The position numbers and the translations under genes were made by a program. Shown piece by piece: positions 24,847-36,572 of a DNA stretch of 64,000 nucleotides (the first letter of the stretch is position 1; the number at the start of each line of letters is the position of its first letter). Source of the stretch: Cyanophora paradoxa CCMP329 (lineage: Eukaryota; Plantae; Glaucophyta); the NCBI GenBank assembly GCA_004431415.1, contig QPMI01000560.1, forward strand, positions 248,001 through 312,000, in the 5' to 3' direction. The notes beneath the pieces were generated by a model. The model was not told the DNA's origin. It saw only the letters and a program-made list of their open reading frames with translations, and did no database searches.

Positions 24847-27458
24847 ATGGGGAAAGCGAAGGAGCAGAAGGGAAAGGTGCGCGCGGCGCGTACGCGCGTG
24901 GAGGCCCCTAGACGAACGTGGCGACGGCGCAGGCGCAAGCGGCGCAGGCGGCGCAGGCGGCGCAGGCGGCGGGCGAGGAGAAGCTGGAGAACTCGGATGA
25001 GTTTCTAGACGTTGGTGCGTAGCAGTTGTGAGTGTGCCTGGTGCGCCCTGACCGCACCGAACCCACGCGATGCGTTTCTTCACGTAGCGTACGCGTACCT
25101 GGTGCTTTATTCCCGCCCCTCCTCGTGCCGACTCTCGATGGCACTCACCCCGACGATGGCACTCGTAGGTGGAGTTCGAGGCAACAAGGAACCCAAGTTT
25201 GCACAAGGTTCGAAGATCTAGAAGAAGCACTGCAGCTGGGTTATTCTGCTCACGGCGGCAGCAGATCATCAAAGTTCTGGCGAAAGAGAGTGGACTCATT
25301 GGCGCTCTCGTTGCGCCCGCTGTCCTCCTGTTGATTCGGAAGCCCATGTCCTGATTTCTGACTCGCATGGACCTGCAGGCAATGCGGAGGAACTACACGC
25401 ATTCGCCTCAGCTGCAACGCATCTTTGTGCAGGCGTTGAAGGAATTTCACAAGAGGTACAATGGAGACGACATAGTCTTCAGACTCATCGTAGACTCGGC
25501 GATGGACAGACTGCGGGCCACAAGCTCGGCTGCCGCCCGGAACCAGATTCTGCTCAGCGGCCTGTTCGCGCAGCTCAAGCCCACGAAGCCGAAAACTGCG
25601 CCGCAGCCTGCGCACCCCGCTCAACCAAGAGCGCCCCGCCAGGCGCAGCGCCCAGCCCTGCAGCAGGCACCCCGCAGGCAATACAAACCGGCGCCCGCCC
25701 CCTCCCCCGCGTTCCGCCCGGCTTTGCACACGGCGGCGGCCGCGGCGGTCGTCTCGGGATCTGCGGCCAGCCGGGGCGCGTCCGACTGGATGGAGCGGGA
25801 GAGCGTGGCCGGCAGCTCGGCGAGCGCCAGCAGCGGCGGCTCCTCCAGCCTCGTGACATCGCGCTCCGACGGCGACGGATGGGAGGTCGCCCGCCCGCCG
25901 CCCCCGCGCCCGCTTGCGCCGCGCCCGACCCGCCGCGCAGGTCGTGGCCCGCAAGGTCCCCGCGCCGAAGAAGGCGGCGGCCGGCGGCAAGGGCGGGAGG
26001 CGCGGGAGGGGCGGCTCGCAGTACCTGCGGCAGCCCTGGGAAGAGGACGAGGAGGAGGAGGCCGAGGAGGCGACCGTCGAGTTCGAGGCCAACCCGTGCG
26101 CGCGCCGCCCGCGCCCGCTGTGCCCGCCGAACGTCTCACCGCCTCGAAGGCTGCTGCGGCCGCCGGGGATGTCGGACGCGGAGTACAACCAGCGCGTGCG
26201 GGTGATGATGGCGCGGAGCCGGCTGGAGGAGGAGGCGCGCCTGCGCCGCGAGGAGGAGAGCATGAAGCAGGAGTGGGAGGCCTACTACCAGGCCCTCGAG
26301 GAGAGGTGCAGGAGGCTTACGTCCAACCCCGCGCCGCGCCGCGCCCCGCCCCGCCCCGCGTCTCCCCTGAGCTCCGCGGCAGCAGCCGGGGGCAGGAGGG
26401 GGCGTGGGAGGGCGCCGGGGGCGGCTGGTCGTGGGACTTGGAGGAGGTGCCGGACCACGAGCTCCAGGCCGCCGTCGTCCGCCTCCTCCCGCCCACCCCC
26501 CCCCCCCCCCCCCCCCCCCCTCGCTCCTCTCCCGCCCCCAACCTCGCCGCAGGCCGCCGCAAGGCAGGAGGGGGCCGGCCAGTGGCGCGCCGCCCCCGCC
26601 GCCGACGCCGCCGAAGGAGACGACGCGCTCCTGTGCGCCCCTCGCCCGCCGTGCGCGCCCTTGACCGCTCGCATCTCATGCGGCGCGCAGTCGTGAGCTC
26701 CTCAACGCGGACGCGCCTCACGCGCCGCTCTCGCACGCGCCAGCGCCGGCTGCGGTCGCCCCGCCGCACGATCCCGCCCAGGCCTTCCTGAGCCCGGCGT
26801 CGGCGGAGGAGGCGGAGGAGGCGGAGCTGCGGCGGGCGCTGGAGGAGAGCCTGCAGGAGGCCCGCCGCGAGGAGGCCCGCCGCGCCCGCATGGCCGAGCT
26901 CTTCGGCGAGGCGGCCTTTGGCCCCGCCCCGGCCCCGGCCCCGGCCCCGGCCCTTGCCCCTCCCCAGCCCGTCCCCGCCCAAGCTCCCGCCCCGCTCCCC
27001 CCCTCCCATGCTGGATGGGCCGACCAAGCGGCCCACGCAGCTTACAACCCCTATCCACCCGTCGCCGCCCCTGCATCCCACTACATCCCTCCCGCACCCG
27101 CTACTTCCGCCTCCCTCCCTTCTCCCGCCCCCGCTACCCCCTCCTGGACGCACGCACCAGCGCCCCCGACTCCCACCGGCCCATCTACGCCCCCTGTCTA
27201 CACCAGTGCGTTTTGATTCGGGTCTTGCTTTGCTGTCGCGGCGTTGGAATGACTCCCTCCGCTGCTGCAGATTGGAGTCCTGCGGCGCCGCCCACGGCGC
27301 CGACAACGGCGTGGACGCCCGGCGGCCCGGGCCCGGGGCCCCCGAGCCCTCGGAGTGCGACGCCGACGTTTGCAGCGCCCGCGGCGCCACCCGCGCCTCC
27401 GGCGGCGGAGGGGGACGACATGGACCTCGACGAACTCACCCGCCTCTGCCTCTCGTAG
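24847..27458 (+). CDS. Uncharacterised UIM-containing protein, paralogue A
   Basis: Spliced N-terminal domain (AYAYLVEF...GLIGA...PQLQRIFVQALKEF), UIM-like EEAELRRALEESLQE at about 26806-26859, Pro-rich tail, ends DLDELTRLCLS*. Confidence 0.7.
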
Positions 27459-27691
27459 CGCAGCGGCCTCCCCTCTGTACATGTAAACGCAGTCTTTTCA
27501 ACCAATTATAACCGCTGGTCAAGCGATGCCAGCTAGCGCTAGCTATAGCGTGCGACGTCGACGTCGGCGCCGACGCGGGAAGGAAGCTGCAGAGGGGTAC
27601 GGCCTCGAAGTGTCGCAAAGCGATCGCACGTGGTGCGGCAGCGGTAGCGAGCTCGTGGCGGGCGTAGCTTCGTATATCGCAGTGAATAGAG

Positions 27692-29754
27692 ATGTCTGCG
27701 TTTGTCGGCTCGACCACGGCGGCGTCCGCCGTCCGCGCTCATCGCGTCATCCTCTCCGCGCCGTCGACTCCTGCTTCGGCATTGGATTTGGCCACGCCCA
27801 GCGGCCGCGCGCCGCGGCGTCGCGCGGGGAGGCCGCAGCGCGGCGAGATTTCGTGGCATGCCAGTGATCTGACCGGCCAGGCCGTGAGCGCGGGTGCTCG
27901 GACCGCAACGCCCGCTAGGACATTCAGCGTCATCGCGAAGGCCGATGACGAAAAGAGCCCGTCGTGGAATCCGGTCCCGAGCCCAGCCCGTGCGTCTGCC
28001 GCCGCCGTTGTCTCCGGGAGCGCGGTCGCGGGCACGATCTGATCAAGCTTTCTAGGCATGCAGCCGTGGGAGTACGCGTTCCGCGCGACTGGGACGAATC
28101 TCCCCGCCAAGCGGTTCGACCCGATCTGCACGCAGCTCTAAATCTCTGCTGGTCGCCCGGGGGCGCCGTAGCTAAGCGTCCCCCGTGGCGCAGCATCGCC
28201 TTCGTGTGGAAGGATCAGATGGGATCAGGTGCGCCTTGGGCGTCGGACCGCCGGGCCGCCCTCGCCGCGGCCGACGGGGGCGCAGGGGCGTACGCGGAGT
28301 CGGCCCTAAGGACGTGCTTCTCGTCGAACGAGTACGAGGCATTTCCGGTCGAGAACTTCCGCTCCGCCTTTGAGGTCCGCTCAATCGGCGCCGCCGCTGC
28401 CGCCGCGGGGCGAGCGTTGAGCGAGCGGCGCGCGGTTGGGGGCGCAGGCGGTGTCGGAGGGGGTGGCGGACTTGGCGCTGGTGCCGATCGAGAACGACGC
28501 GGAGGGGAGCTTCCACCGAAACTACGACCTGCTGCTCCAGTTCCGGGACCTCACGGTCGTCGAGGAACTGGTCTTCCCCGTGGAGTACTGCCTCGCCGCC
28601 AACGCCGGCGTCGCCAGGAGCGACCTCCGCCGCGTCGTCGGCCACCCCCAGGCCCTCGCCGCCGTCCGCCCCGCACCCCGCCCCGCCCCGCCCCGCCCCG
28701 CCCCGACCCGACCGGCGCCCTCTCAACGCCCTGCCTCCCCGTCGCCCCGCAGTGCTCGAAGTACGTGGACGCGCTGCGGCTGCCGAAGGAGCAGAGCAAC
28801 TACAGCAAGGGCGCCGCCAAGATGATCACCGAGGAGGGCCATCGGTACCCCCCCGCCCGCCCGCCCGCACCGCGCAGAGGCCTCCGCCCGTCTTTTCCTC
28901 GCTCAGCGGCGGGGTGCCAGGGACATGGGGGCGATCATCCCGCCCGTGCGGGCGCGGGCCTTTGGGCTGGAGATCCTCGAGCGCGGCATCGAGGAGGAGG
29001 CCCGCCCCCCGCCCCGCCACGCGCCCACTACCCCCCCCCCTCACTTCGTTCGCAGCGGTCGGTGACGCGCTTCCTGGTGCTGCAGCGGACGGGGGAGCAC
29101 GAGAAGCAGGGGGCGGCGGAGGGCCCGGCGGGGCAGACGCAGCGCCCGATGGAGCTGCGGCGCTGGGGCGTCAAGACCTCCATCGCCTTCGCCCTCAAGA
29201 ACCAGGTCGGCGCCCTCTTCAAGGTGCCCCGCCCCGCCCCGCCCCCCACCGCCCCGCCCCGCGCTCTAACCCCCCTCCCCCCTCGCTTTTCGCGCAGGCG
29301 CTGGCGATCTTCGCGCTGCGGGACATCGACCTGACGAAGATCGAGTCGCGGCCGGACGGGGACGGGGGGTACGCGTTCTACGTGGACATAGTGGGCCAGC
29401 GTGCGCCGCCTCGCCCCGCCCCCGGCCGGCGCTTCCTCCCGCCCCTGACATGACCCCGGGCCGGGGGGCAGAGGAGGACGAGTCGATCCAGCGCGCCCTC
29501 AGCCACCTCGAAGAGGCGCGGCCCCGCCCCGCCTGCCCCCGCCCCGCCCCTGCCGGGCTGATCCGCTGCCTGCCGCGTGCAGGTCGCCGACTGGGTCCAG
29601 GCGAGCCTCGCCGGCGCCGCCCCAGCTGCGTCCCCTCGCGCCGCCGCCCTCCAGCTGAGCCCTGGGCCGCGCGCAGGTGATCGGAAGCTTCCCCGTCTTT
29701 AACGTTCCCACGGGCGACGAGCTCGAGGGCGCCGGCGCCGGCCGTTCCTCCTAG
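27692..29754 (+). CDS. Arogenate/prephenate dehydratase with ACT domain, plastid-targeted, divergent, multi-exon
   Basis: Ser/Ala/Arg-rich transit peptide MSAFVG; GAYAES, PIEND..GSFHRNYDLL, HPQAL, TRF, KTSIAF and FALRDIDLTKIESRP. Confidence 0.88.
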
Positions 29755-29998
29755 CTACTATAGGCGCGGCTAGCTATAGTCGTCTAGCGCAGCTAGCTAG
29801 CGCTAGCGCGAGCTCAAGTTCGAATTCGAATTTGGGATTGATCGATCGCGAAATCGATTCGCGATCGCCGGGTCGCGTGCATCAATATCACATGCACGTG
29901 AGTCGCGATCGTGACGTGACGTCGACGCGTTTGCATTGCAATAGAGGACGTCATGATCAGTGACGTCACCGCGGAGCGTCGATCGCGAACTCAGCCCA

Positions 29999-32033
29999 AT
30001 GCAATTTGGATGGGTACAGCGCGCGATCGCTTCGGCGTCGACCTTTAAAGGCCGCTGGTGGCCGTCGAGGAGGCAGCGCCGCAGCGGGCCTCGGCAGATA
30101 AAGCCCGAGGAACGACTCCGAACGAGTGGCGGCGGCGGCCTGTCCACGGGCTCATTCGCCCAGCCGTGAACACCAGCCTTCCGCAGCTCCTCGGCTCCCT
30201 GCCAGCAGCCCCCCCACCCGCTCCTGCCGCGGATACGAGGGTGGATTTTGAATCAACGATCAGCCTGTTCTCCAGCGCAGCAGGCGACGAGATGTCCGGT
30301 GGCTGTCGGAAATCGGCGCTTACAGCACTCCTGAGGCCGTGGCAACCGTCGACGCCTGAGCCCTCGGCGCTCAAGGTGATTGTCTTGGATGCTTTGAACT
30401 TCTCCGATTGTCGTTCCTCGCGTATCTCCTGACGTACGCAACCCTCACGCTGACGGCCCTTTTCACGCCCGCGTCCGTACAGGTGGAGCCCCGAGCCATG
30501 CCCGTCGACAGTGAGCTCAGGGAAAAGTTCCTTCTTGTGTCCATATCAGGTCCGGTTCCGTCCGATTCCTTGGAACTCGGCCGCGGCCGCTTGCGCAATC
30601 ATCGTTTCGTCCCTTCGCCCTCCCCTCGCTTCCAGCGGCACGACCATAGCTTACGACTCGTTTCAATAGCCATAACCACACCATTTCCGACATGTGGACC
30701 CTCGGTCGCGTTGATCTCACGGCTGGAATTTCGCGCAGACGTCATCACAAGATTGAACAAATCCGATGTCCAAGTCATCGACTTGGAAGGCCAGTTGAGC
30801 GAAGGAGAGGTGCGTACGGTCGCGATCCTCCAGCGCGATCGTGAGTTGACGCCACAATCAGGAGACGACGAGCCTTCCTACCAGAAGCAGCTCGTCTTCG
30901 ACTCTCGCATCGGCCGAGGTTCTCGCTCTGGAAATAAGGATCAAAGAATTAGAAAAGCACCTGCACGCGGCCACCGAACTGAGCCATGTGCGTGTCTCAC
31001 CGAATTTGATCTCGGCTTGCTGGCCTGACGCACTCGAATCGGCAGGGTCTGACGCTGGAGAACCACGCGTTGGCGAGGCACGTGCAGGAGGAGCGCGAAG
31101 GCCGCGAGCGGATGTACAAGGAGCTCATCCGCGCGAGGGCGACGGTGGAGGAGGGCCAGGCGGAGCGGCGGGCGCTCGCGGCACAGCTGCGCGAGGCAAA
31201 GGCGGCTGCGGCAGCGGCGGAGCGGGAGCTGGCGGCAGAGCGCGAGGAGTCGCAGCGGGTCCGGGAGGGCCTGCGGATCCAGCTGGGCGAGCTCCGGGGC
31301 CGCGAGGAGGCGGTGGCGGTGGCGAGCGAGCGGCTCTGCAGCTCGGCGCTGGCGGCGCGGTGCCTGGAGCTCGAGGCGCGGCTCGCGGCGGCCTCCTTCG
31401 GGGAGGCGGAGGAGAAGCACCTCGGGGAGCGGTACCGGGGCGACCTGGAGGGGCGCATCGACTGGCTGGAGGGCGAGCTGGGCCTCGCCCGCGAGCGCGC
31501 CTCGGAGGCCCAGCAGATGGTCAACGCCGCCAGCTTCCGCCTGGACGCCCTCCAGGCCGCCCTCGTCGACGCCGAGCGCCGCTCCCGCCAGCTCCGCGCC
31601 GCCCTCGCCCGCGCCGAGGGCGACGCCCCGACGGCGGAGGCGCTGCGGCGCATGGCCGAGGCCGAGGCGCCGGCGCTGCGGGGGGCCCTGCGTGAGGGGA
31701 ACCTCGAGTACGGCTGCGGCCTCCGGCGCCGGAACGCCTTCTTGGCGCTGGCGGAGGTGCCGGAGGGGGAGGCGGTGGCGCCGGGGCCCGAGCGCTCGGA
31801 CGCCCTCGTCGAGAAGCGGCGGCGCGCCTCCAGCCTCTACTGTGCGCCCTCCCGCGCCCTTGGCCCCGCTGTCGGCCTCGCTGCGCGCTGAGGCGGGCGG
31901 GGCGGGGCGCGCAGACGTGCCGACGCTGGGGAACAGCCTGGCGTTCCGCTACGGGGGCCTGCCCGGCGCCCCCAAGTGCGGCAAGGACTTCCTCGCCTAC
32001 GTCCTCTCCGGCACAGCCGTCCCCGCCCACTGA
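29999..32033 (+). CDS. Hypothetical coiled-coil protein
   Basis: Long Glu/Ala/Arg heptad exon at 31046-31840 and a final exon ending YVLSGTAVPAH*. The 5' exons are tentative. Confidence 0.55.
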
Positions 32034-33213
32034 CGCCCCGCCCGGCGCCCCTCGGCCCATCCCCGGCGCCCCCGGCGGCGCGGCACCGGCACTCTTCGGC
32101 CCTCGCGGCCGGCCTCCCAGAGTGGCCTTGGGAGTATCACACATGCAGTACAGACGACCTCACCCGATATAATCCCGATACATCATAATCCGTGTCAGTT
32201 TGAGTCAGTTTTCTCGCGCGGACTTGCCTCGGGATCCAGCCGACCCGTGCGCCTAGTTCGTTTATAATTACGACAGTTCGCCTTGCACTCTCGACTCAGT
32301 GAGTTACAGCTTGAGTTTCATTGCTTTGCTTGCTTGTGTATCTGTTTGGATTTGGCAGTTGTTTCGTGTACAGTGCGACTAGATATGCAGATTTAGTTAG
32401 CTATGGATTGCGCTCTCCTGGTTCGAACGTCAGCGGCTCCTTTTTCTAGTTGGCTGAGGGCCAGGCCCATGCAGTCCTAGCTATATAGTGTGGTTTCAAG
32501 CCTTGAGTCCCGGGCACAGGTTTCCTTGCGTGTACAGACCGGGGAATCTCTCGGGCGCTCAGTGTATCTATTTCCATCGTTATCAGCATCATGATCAGAA
32601 CACTTTGAATTTTTCTCAAGAGTCTGACAGAGATCGATACCGCAGTCCCTTCGACAGTTCGTTCGGCGCTTTAGCGAGGAAACGTTTACATGTCACTCGG
32701 GTGCTTGTCCAAATGCAGTCAGAGTTTCAATCGATATCGAAACTTGAAATCGACCCCCGCCGCCGGGGCGGCGGCCACACTGTGACAGGCGGCAGCGTGC
32801 GCGGTCCGGCCCGCGGCGGTGCGCGCGCATGCCGCGCCGCAGTGCGCATGCCACGGTCACCAGGTGCCCCGGCCCAGCCTGGCAGTGCCCACGGTGCGCG
32901 TGCGCATGCCGCAGTGCCTCGTATGCAGATCCATTGGGCCCGGGCCACCAACTCAGTGACTTGCTGGCAACTCCCTGGTCATCCGATCCACCACAATCGT
33001 CGTCATGGAAATCATTGAATGGCAAAGAAGGGGACTCGATCGAAATTGATCGCTCGAGATCCGATGATCAGGCTACACTGCGACACAATTACACTCGGGG
33101 CTGCAATCGCGGATGCGTCGAAAGAACTGCTAGGCAGGCGAATGGGTCCGTCTGCACGGGGCGGCCGGGCCGTCCAGCGCAGCAGAGAGAAAGAAGAAGG
33201 GAAGGGGGGCGGG

Positions 33214-35881
33214 TCAGGGGGCCGGGGACGCGAAGTCGGAGTCGAAGGAGAAGATGCGCTGCGGGCGGGTCGCGTCAGCGGGCGGCGCGGGGAAGGAAGG
33301 GGCGGAGGGGGGCGGGCGGGGGTCACCTCGAAGTCGATGGCCTCGAGCTTGCCGGCGCCAGCGGCCTCGGGCTCCCCGGGCTCGCCCCTTGAGCCGGCCC
33401 GGCGCCCCCCCGGGGTCGCCCCCAGCAGGAGGTCCACCCGCTCGCAGCAGTCGCCCCCCGGGGGGCCCAGGAACGAGGCCAGCACGCCCTCCTGCGCCGC
33501 CCGGCCGGTGAGGCGAGCGAGCGCGGCGCTGGTGCGGCGGGCGGGGCGGGGCGGGAGGGCGCACGGCGGCGAGGAAGTCGTCGAGGGGTCCCCGGGGGTG
33601 ACGCCCGCGGGAGGGCGGCGCGCGGTCGGGCCGCCGCCGCAGCGCCGCCGCGACGCGCTCCAGGAGGGCCCCGGGCTGCTGCCCTCTGCCCCCGCCCCTC
33701 AGGCAGCTCCACCCCGCCCCCGCCTCCGGATCCGGGTCGGGGTCGGGCAGGGCGCCCGGCTCCTCGGGGGGCCCCGGCCCCGCGACCGGCTCGGGGGTCG
33801 CGGCGTGGGAGCCGCTGGCGGGGCCGGAGTGGGAAGCGCGGGGGGGCGGGGCGCGGGCCGGGGCCGGGGCGGAGGCGGTGCGGGCGAGCTGGTGCTGGTG
33901 GGGGAGGAGGAGGAGCTCCATGCGGGAGGCGGCGTCGAGGCCCGAGGGGGAGGGCAGCGGGTCGGAGAGGGCCCGCGGCAGGTGCGACACGGGCGCCGTG
34001 AAGGGCGAGACGAGCGCCCCGGGGGCCCCGCCGGGGGGGCGCGGCGGGCCCCGAGAGGACGGTGGGGAGGGGCGGCGTGAGGGCCGGCGTCTCCGGCGAG
34101 GGCGGCGAGTCGGCGTCCTGCGGCCCCGCCGAGGCCGAGGCGCACGCGGCGCGCTGCGCGGCCGCCCGCGCCGCCCGCGCCGCCGCCGCCCGCTCCGAGG
34201 CCGAGACCTGCGGGGGCCAGGGCCGTTAGCGGACGCCGAGAAGGGCGGAGCGGGGCGGGGAGGGGCGGGGCGGGGCGGACGAGGCGCTGGCAGAGGTCGT
34301 TGAAGGCGGCGATCTGCTCGCGGATGCGCAGCCAAAGGCGGTACGTCAGGAAGAAGGCCCCGTTCTGCTGCTCCAGCTTCTCCCACACTGCGCCCGCCCG
34401 CCCTCGCCGCTCAGGGCAGTGTTCAGCGGCGCGGAGCGGGCGGCGGGCGGGCGGACCGAGCTCGGTGACGGGGGGGTCGACGCGGTGGGCGGCGGCGAGG
34501 TGCGCGGCGGCCTCCTCGCGGGTCATGTAGCGCTGGAGGCAACCCTCGAGCAGCGTCTGCACCATCTGCACCTCCTCGATCGCCAGCCGCCCGGGCTCCG
34601 ACGGCACCGCCGGCGGCGCGCTGCTCGCCGCCGGCGCTGGTGCAGCCAGCGCCGGCGCGGGGAACTCCGGCGTGGGCGAGCGCTGCAGGGCGGCCGAGCG
34701 CCTGCTGGGCGAGGAGGAGGAGGAGGGCGGGACGGGGCTGAAGGCGGCGGCGGCGGGGCGAAGCGGGGCGAGGAGGGCCGCGGGGCGGGCGGGGCGGGCG
34801 GCGGGGCGGCGCTCTGCTGGGCGCGGCGGGCGATGATGGCGGCGGCTGCGACGGCGGCGGCCTCCGCGAAGGCCGGAGGCTGCGGCGAGAGGGAGCTCTC
34901 CCGCGAGCGGCCCGCCTTCGCCGGACCCCGCCCCTTCCGCTGCTGCTTCCCGCTCGCCTGCCGCGCCGGGGCGCCCTCGGGCGGCCACGCCTCCGGCGGC
35001 TGCGCGGCGAGCTCGGGGGTGCGCGGGGCGGGCGGCTCGGGCGTGCGGAGCGCCGGCGAGTCGGGCGTGCCGGCCTCGTCGCCGGCCTCAAGCGGCGCCG
35101 GCCGCGCGCGCTTCGTCGGCGCCGGCGGCGCCGGCGGCTCCGGCGTCGTCGGGGCCGGCCGCGGCGCCGGCGAGCCCGGCAGCGCCGGCGAGGGGGCCCC
35201 GGGCGAGTCCCGCGCGCATCGCCCCGAGGCGAGCGCGGCGGCGACTGCGGCCGCGCCGCCGTCGCCGCCGGCCGCCGCGCGGATGAGAGCCTTGCGCGAG
35301 ATCACGACCACCGAGGCGGGGGCGCCGGGCGCCGCAGCCGGCGGCGGCGCCGGGGACGGGGACGGGAGGAACGGGGCCGAGTTGGGCGGCACGTTGACGG
35401 AGAGCGGGAGGGGGAACACGGTCGGGAGAGCGCTGCCCGCATCTGTTGGCCCGTAGAACGGCCGCTGCGAGGGGCGCTGCGGGCAGAAGGGGTTCTGAGG
35501 CTCTGTGCGGGGCGGTTCAAAATGCCACTGCTCGGCCGGATCCCGGCCGGCAGGCGGGGCGGGCGCGGGCTGCGGAACGCTCGGAAGGAAGGTCGGCTGG
35601 ATGTCCGGCTGGTTTGGAGGCGGTGCGGCGGCCGCGGCCGGCGCGGGCGACGAAGCTCCGGCGGCCTCCTGGTTTGCGATGGGGACGAGGTGGCCCGCGC
35701 CGACAATCAGGAACTTCCGGTCGCCGATGCTGATCATGCGCGCCTGGGGGACCGTCCGCTTCTTCTTCTGGGCCGGCCCGTCCGCCAGGGGATCGCGCGA
35801 GTCATGGCGCCCGCCAGCCCGCCCCGCGTGAGGGTCAGGGAAATGATGGCCCTGTGCTGTTGCGGCATAGGGCCTCTCCAT
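33214..35881 (-). CDS. Protein with an A_thal_3526 (TIGR01589, plant protein 1589) domain
   Basis: VQTLLEGCLQRYMTREE...VDPPVTEL|VWEKLEQQNGAFFLTY...REQIAAFN matches the domain pattern; last exon RIFSFDSDFASPAP*. Confidence 0.78.
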
Positions 35882-36319
35882 GGCGCTAGTCCAGGCGAGC
35901 TATCGCCTTTTCATATTCCGCCCGTGCGCGCTGGAAACGACGCCCACGTCGCAGGAGGTCGGAAGCACTCCGAATGTGTCGCTGGTCAAGTTTAATGCAC
36001 AGGTTGCTGTGCTGACCAAGCTGACAAGGGTTGTGAGTTGGAAGCAATTCCGCGGTTAGGGGCACTGGGGCTTGCAGAAGAACGAGAATGCTCCCAGCAA
36101 CGTGCCCGCGAGGTGAAATCGCTCGCGGGACTCCGGTTTTCGCGCGACTCGAAGCGGGACGCCTGGGGTACGCGATCTATTCGAAGTCGACGGCGGGCGG
36201 CGTCCGACGAGCTTCCCGTCCACCGAGAATCCATTAGGTTCGTCGCGAATGACGCGAGGCTCGGCGCGCGTACAACTTTGCTGAGGTCCAGCGCGGCCCG
36301 CAGCCCGACGCGGCCGGCC

Positions 36320-36537
36320 ATGCCGCCTAAGAGCGAGGAGAGGAAGAATATAGATCGGCTCATCACCTACGCAGCACGCTGCGCTCGTGACGCCGTCTAC
36401 TACGGTAAGAAGCTTTGCCGCGGCGCGCGCGAACTGGCATCGACGCATTCCGTGCGCCAGGTGTGCCAGTCGTAGCGATCCTGCTCATCCTGGTGTCGAA
36501 GCCACGCGCGAGGCTGTCGGCGCTCCTTTCGCCTTGA
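36320..36537 (+). CDS. TOM7: Tom7-like mitochondrial outer-membrane translocase subunit (53 aa; exons 36320-36404 and 36461-36537)
   Basis: Removing the 56-nt GT-AG intron gives MPPKSEERKNIDRLITYAARCARDAVYYGVPVVAILLILVSKPRARLSALLSP: YG-x-P motif, one transmembrane segment and the terminal LLSP typical of Tom7. Confidence 0.72.
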
Positions 36538-36572
36538 GATTGCCAGGATACGTAGGAGAGGCGAAGCCGGCA

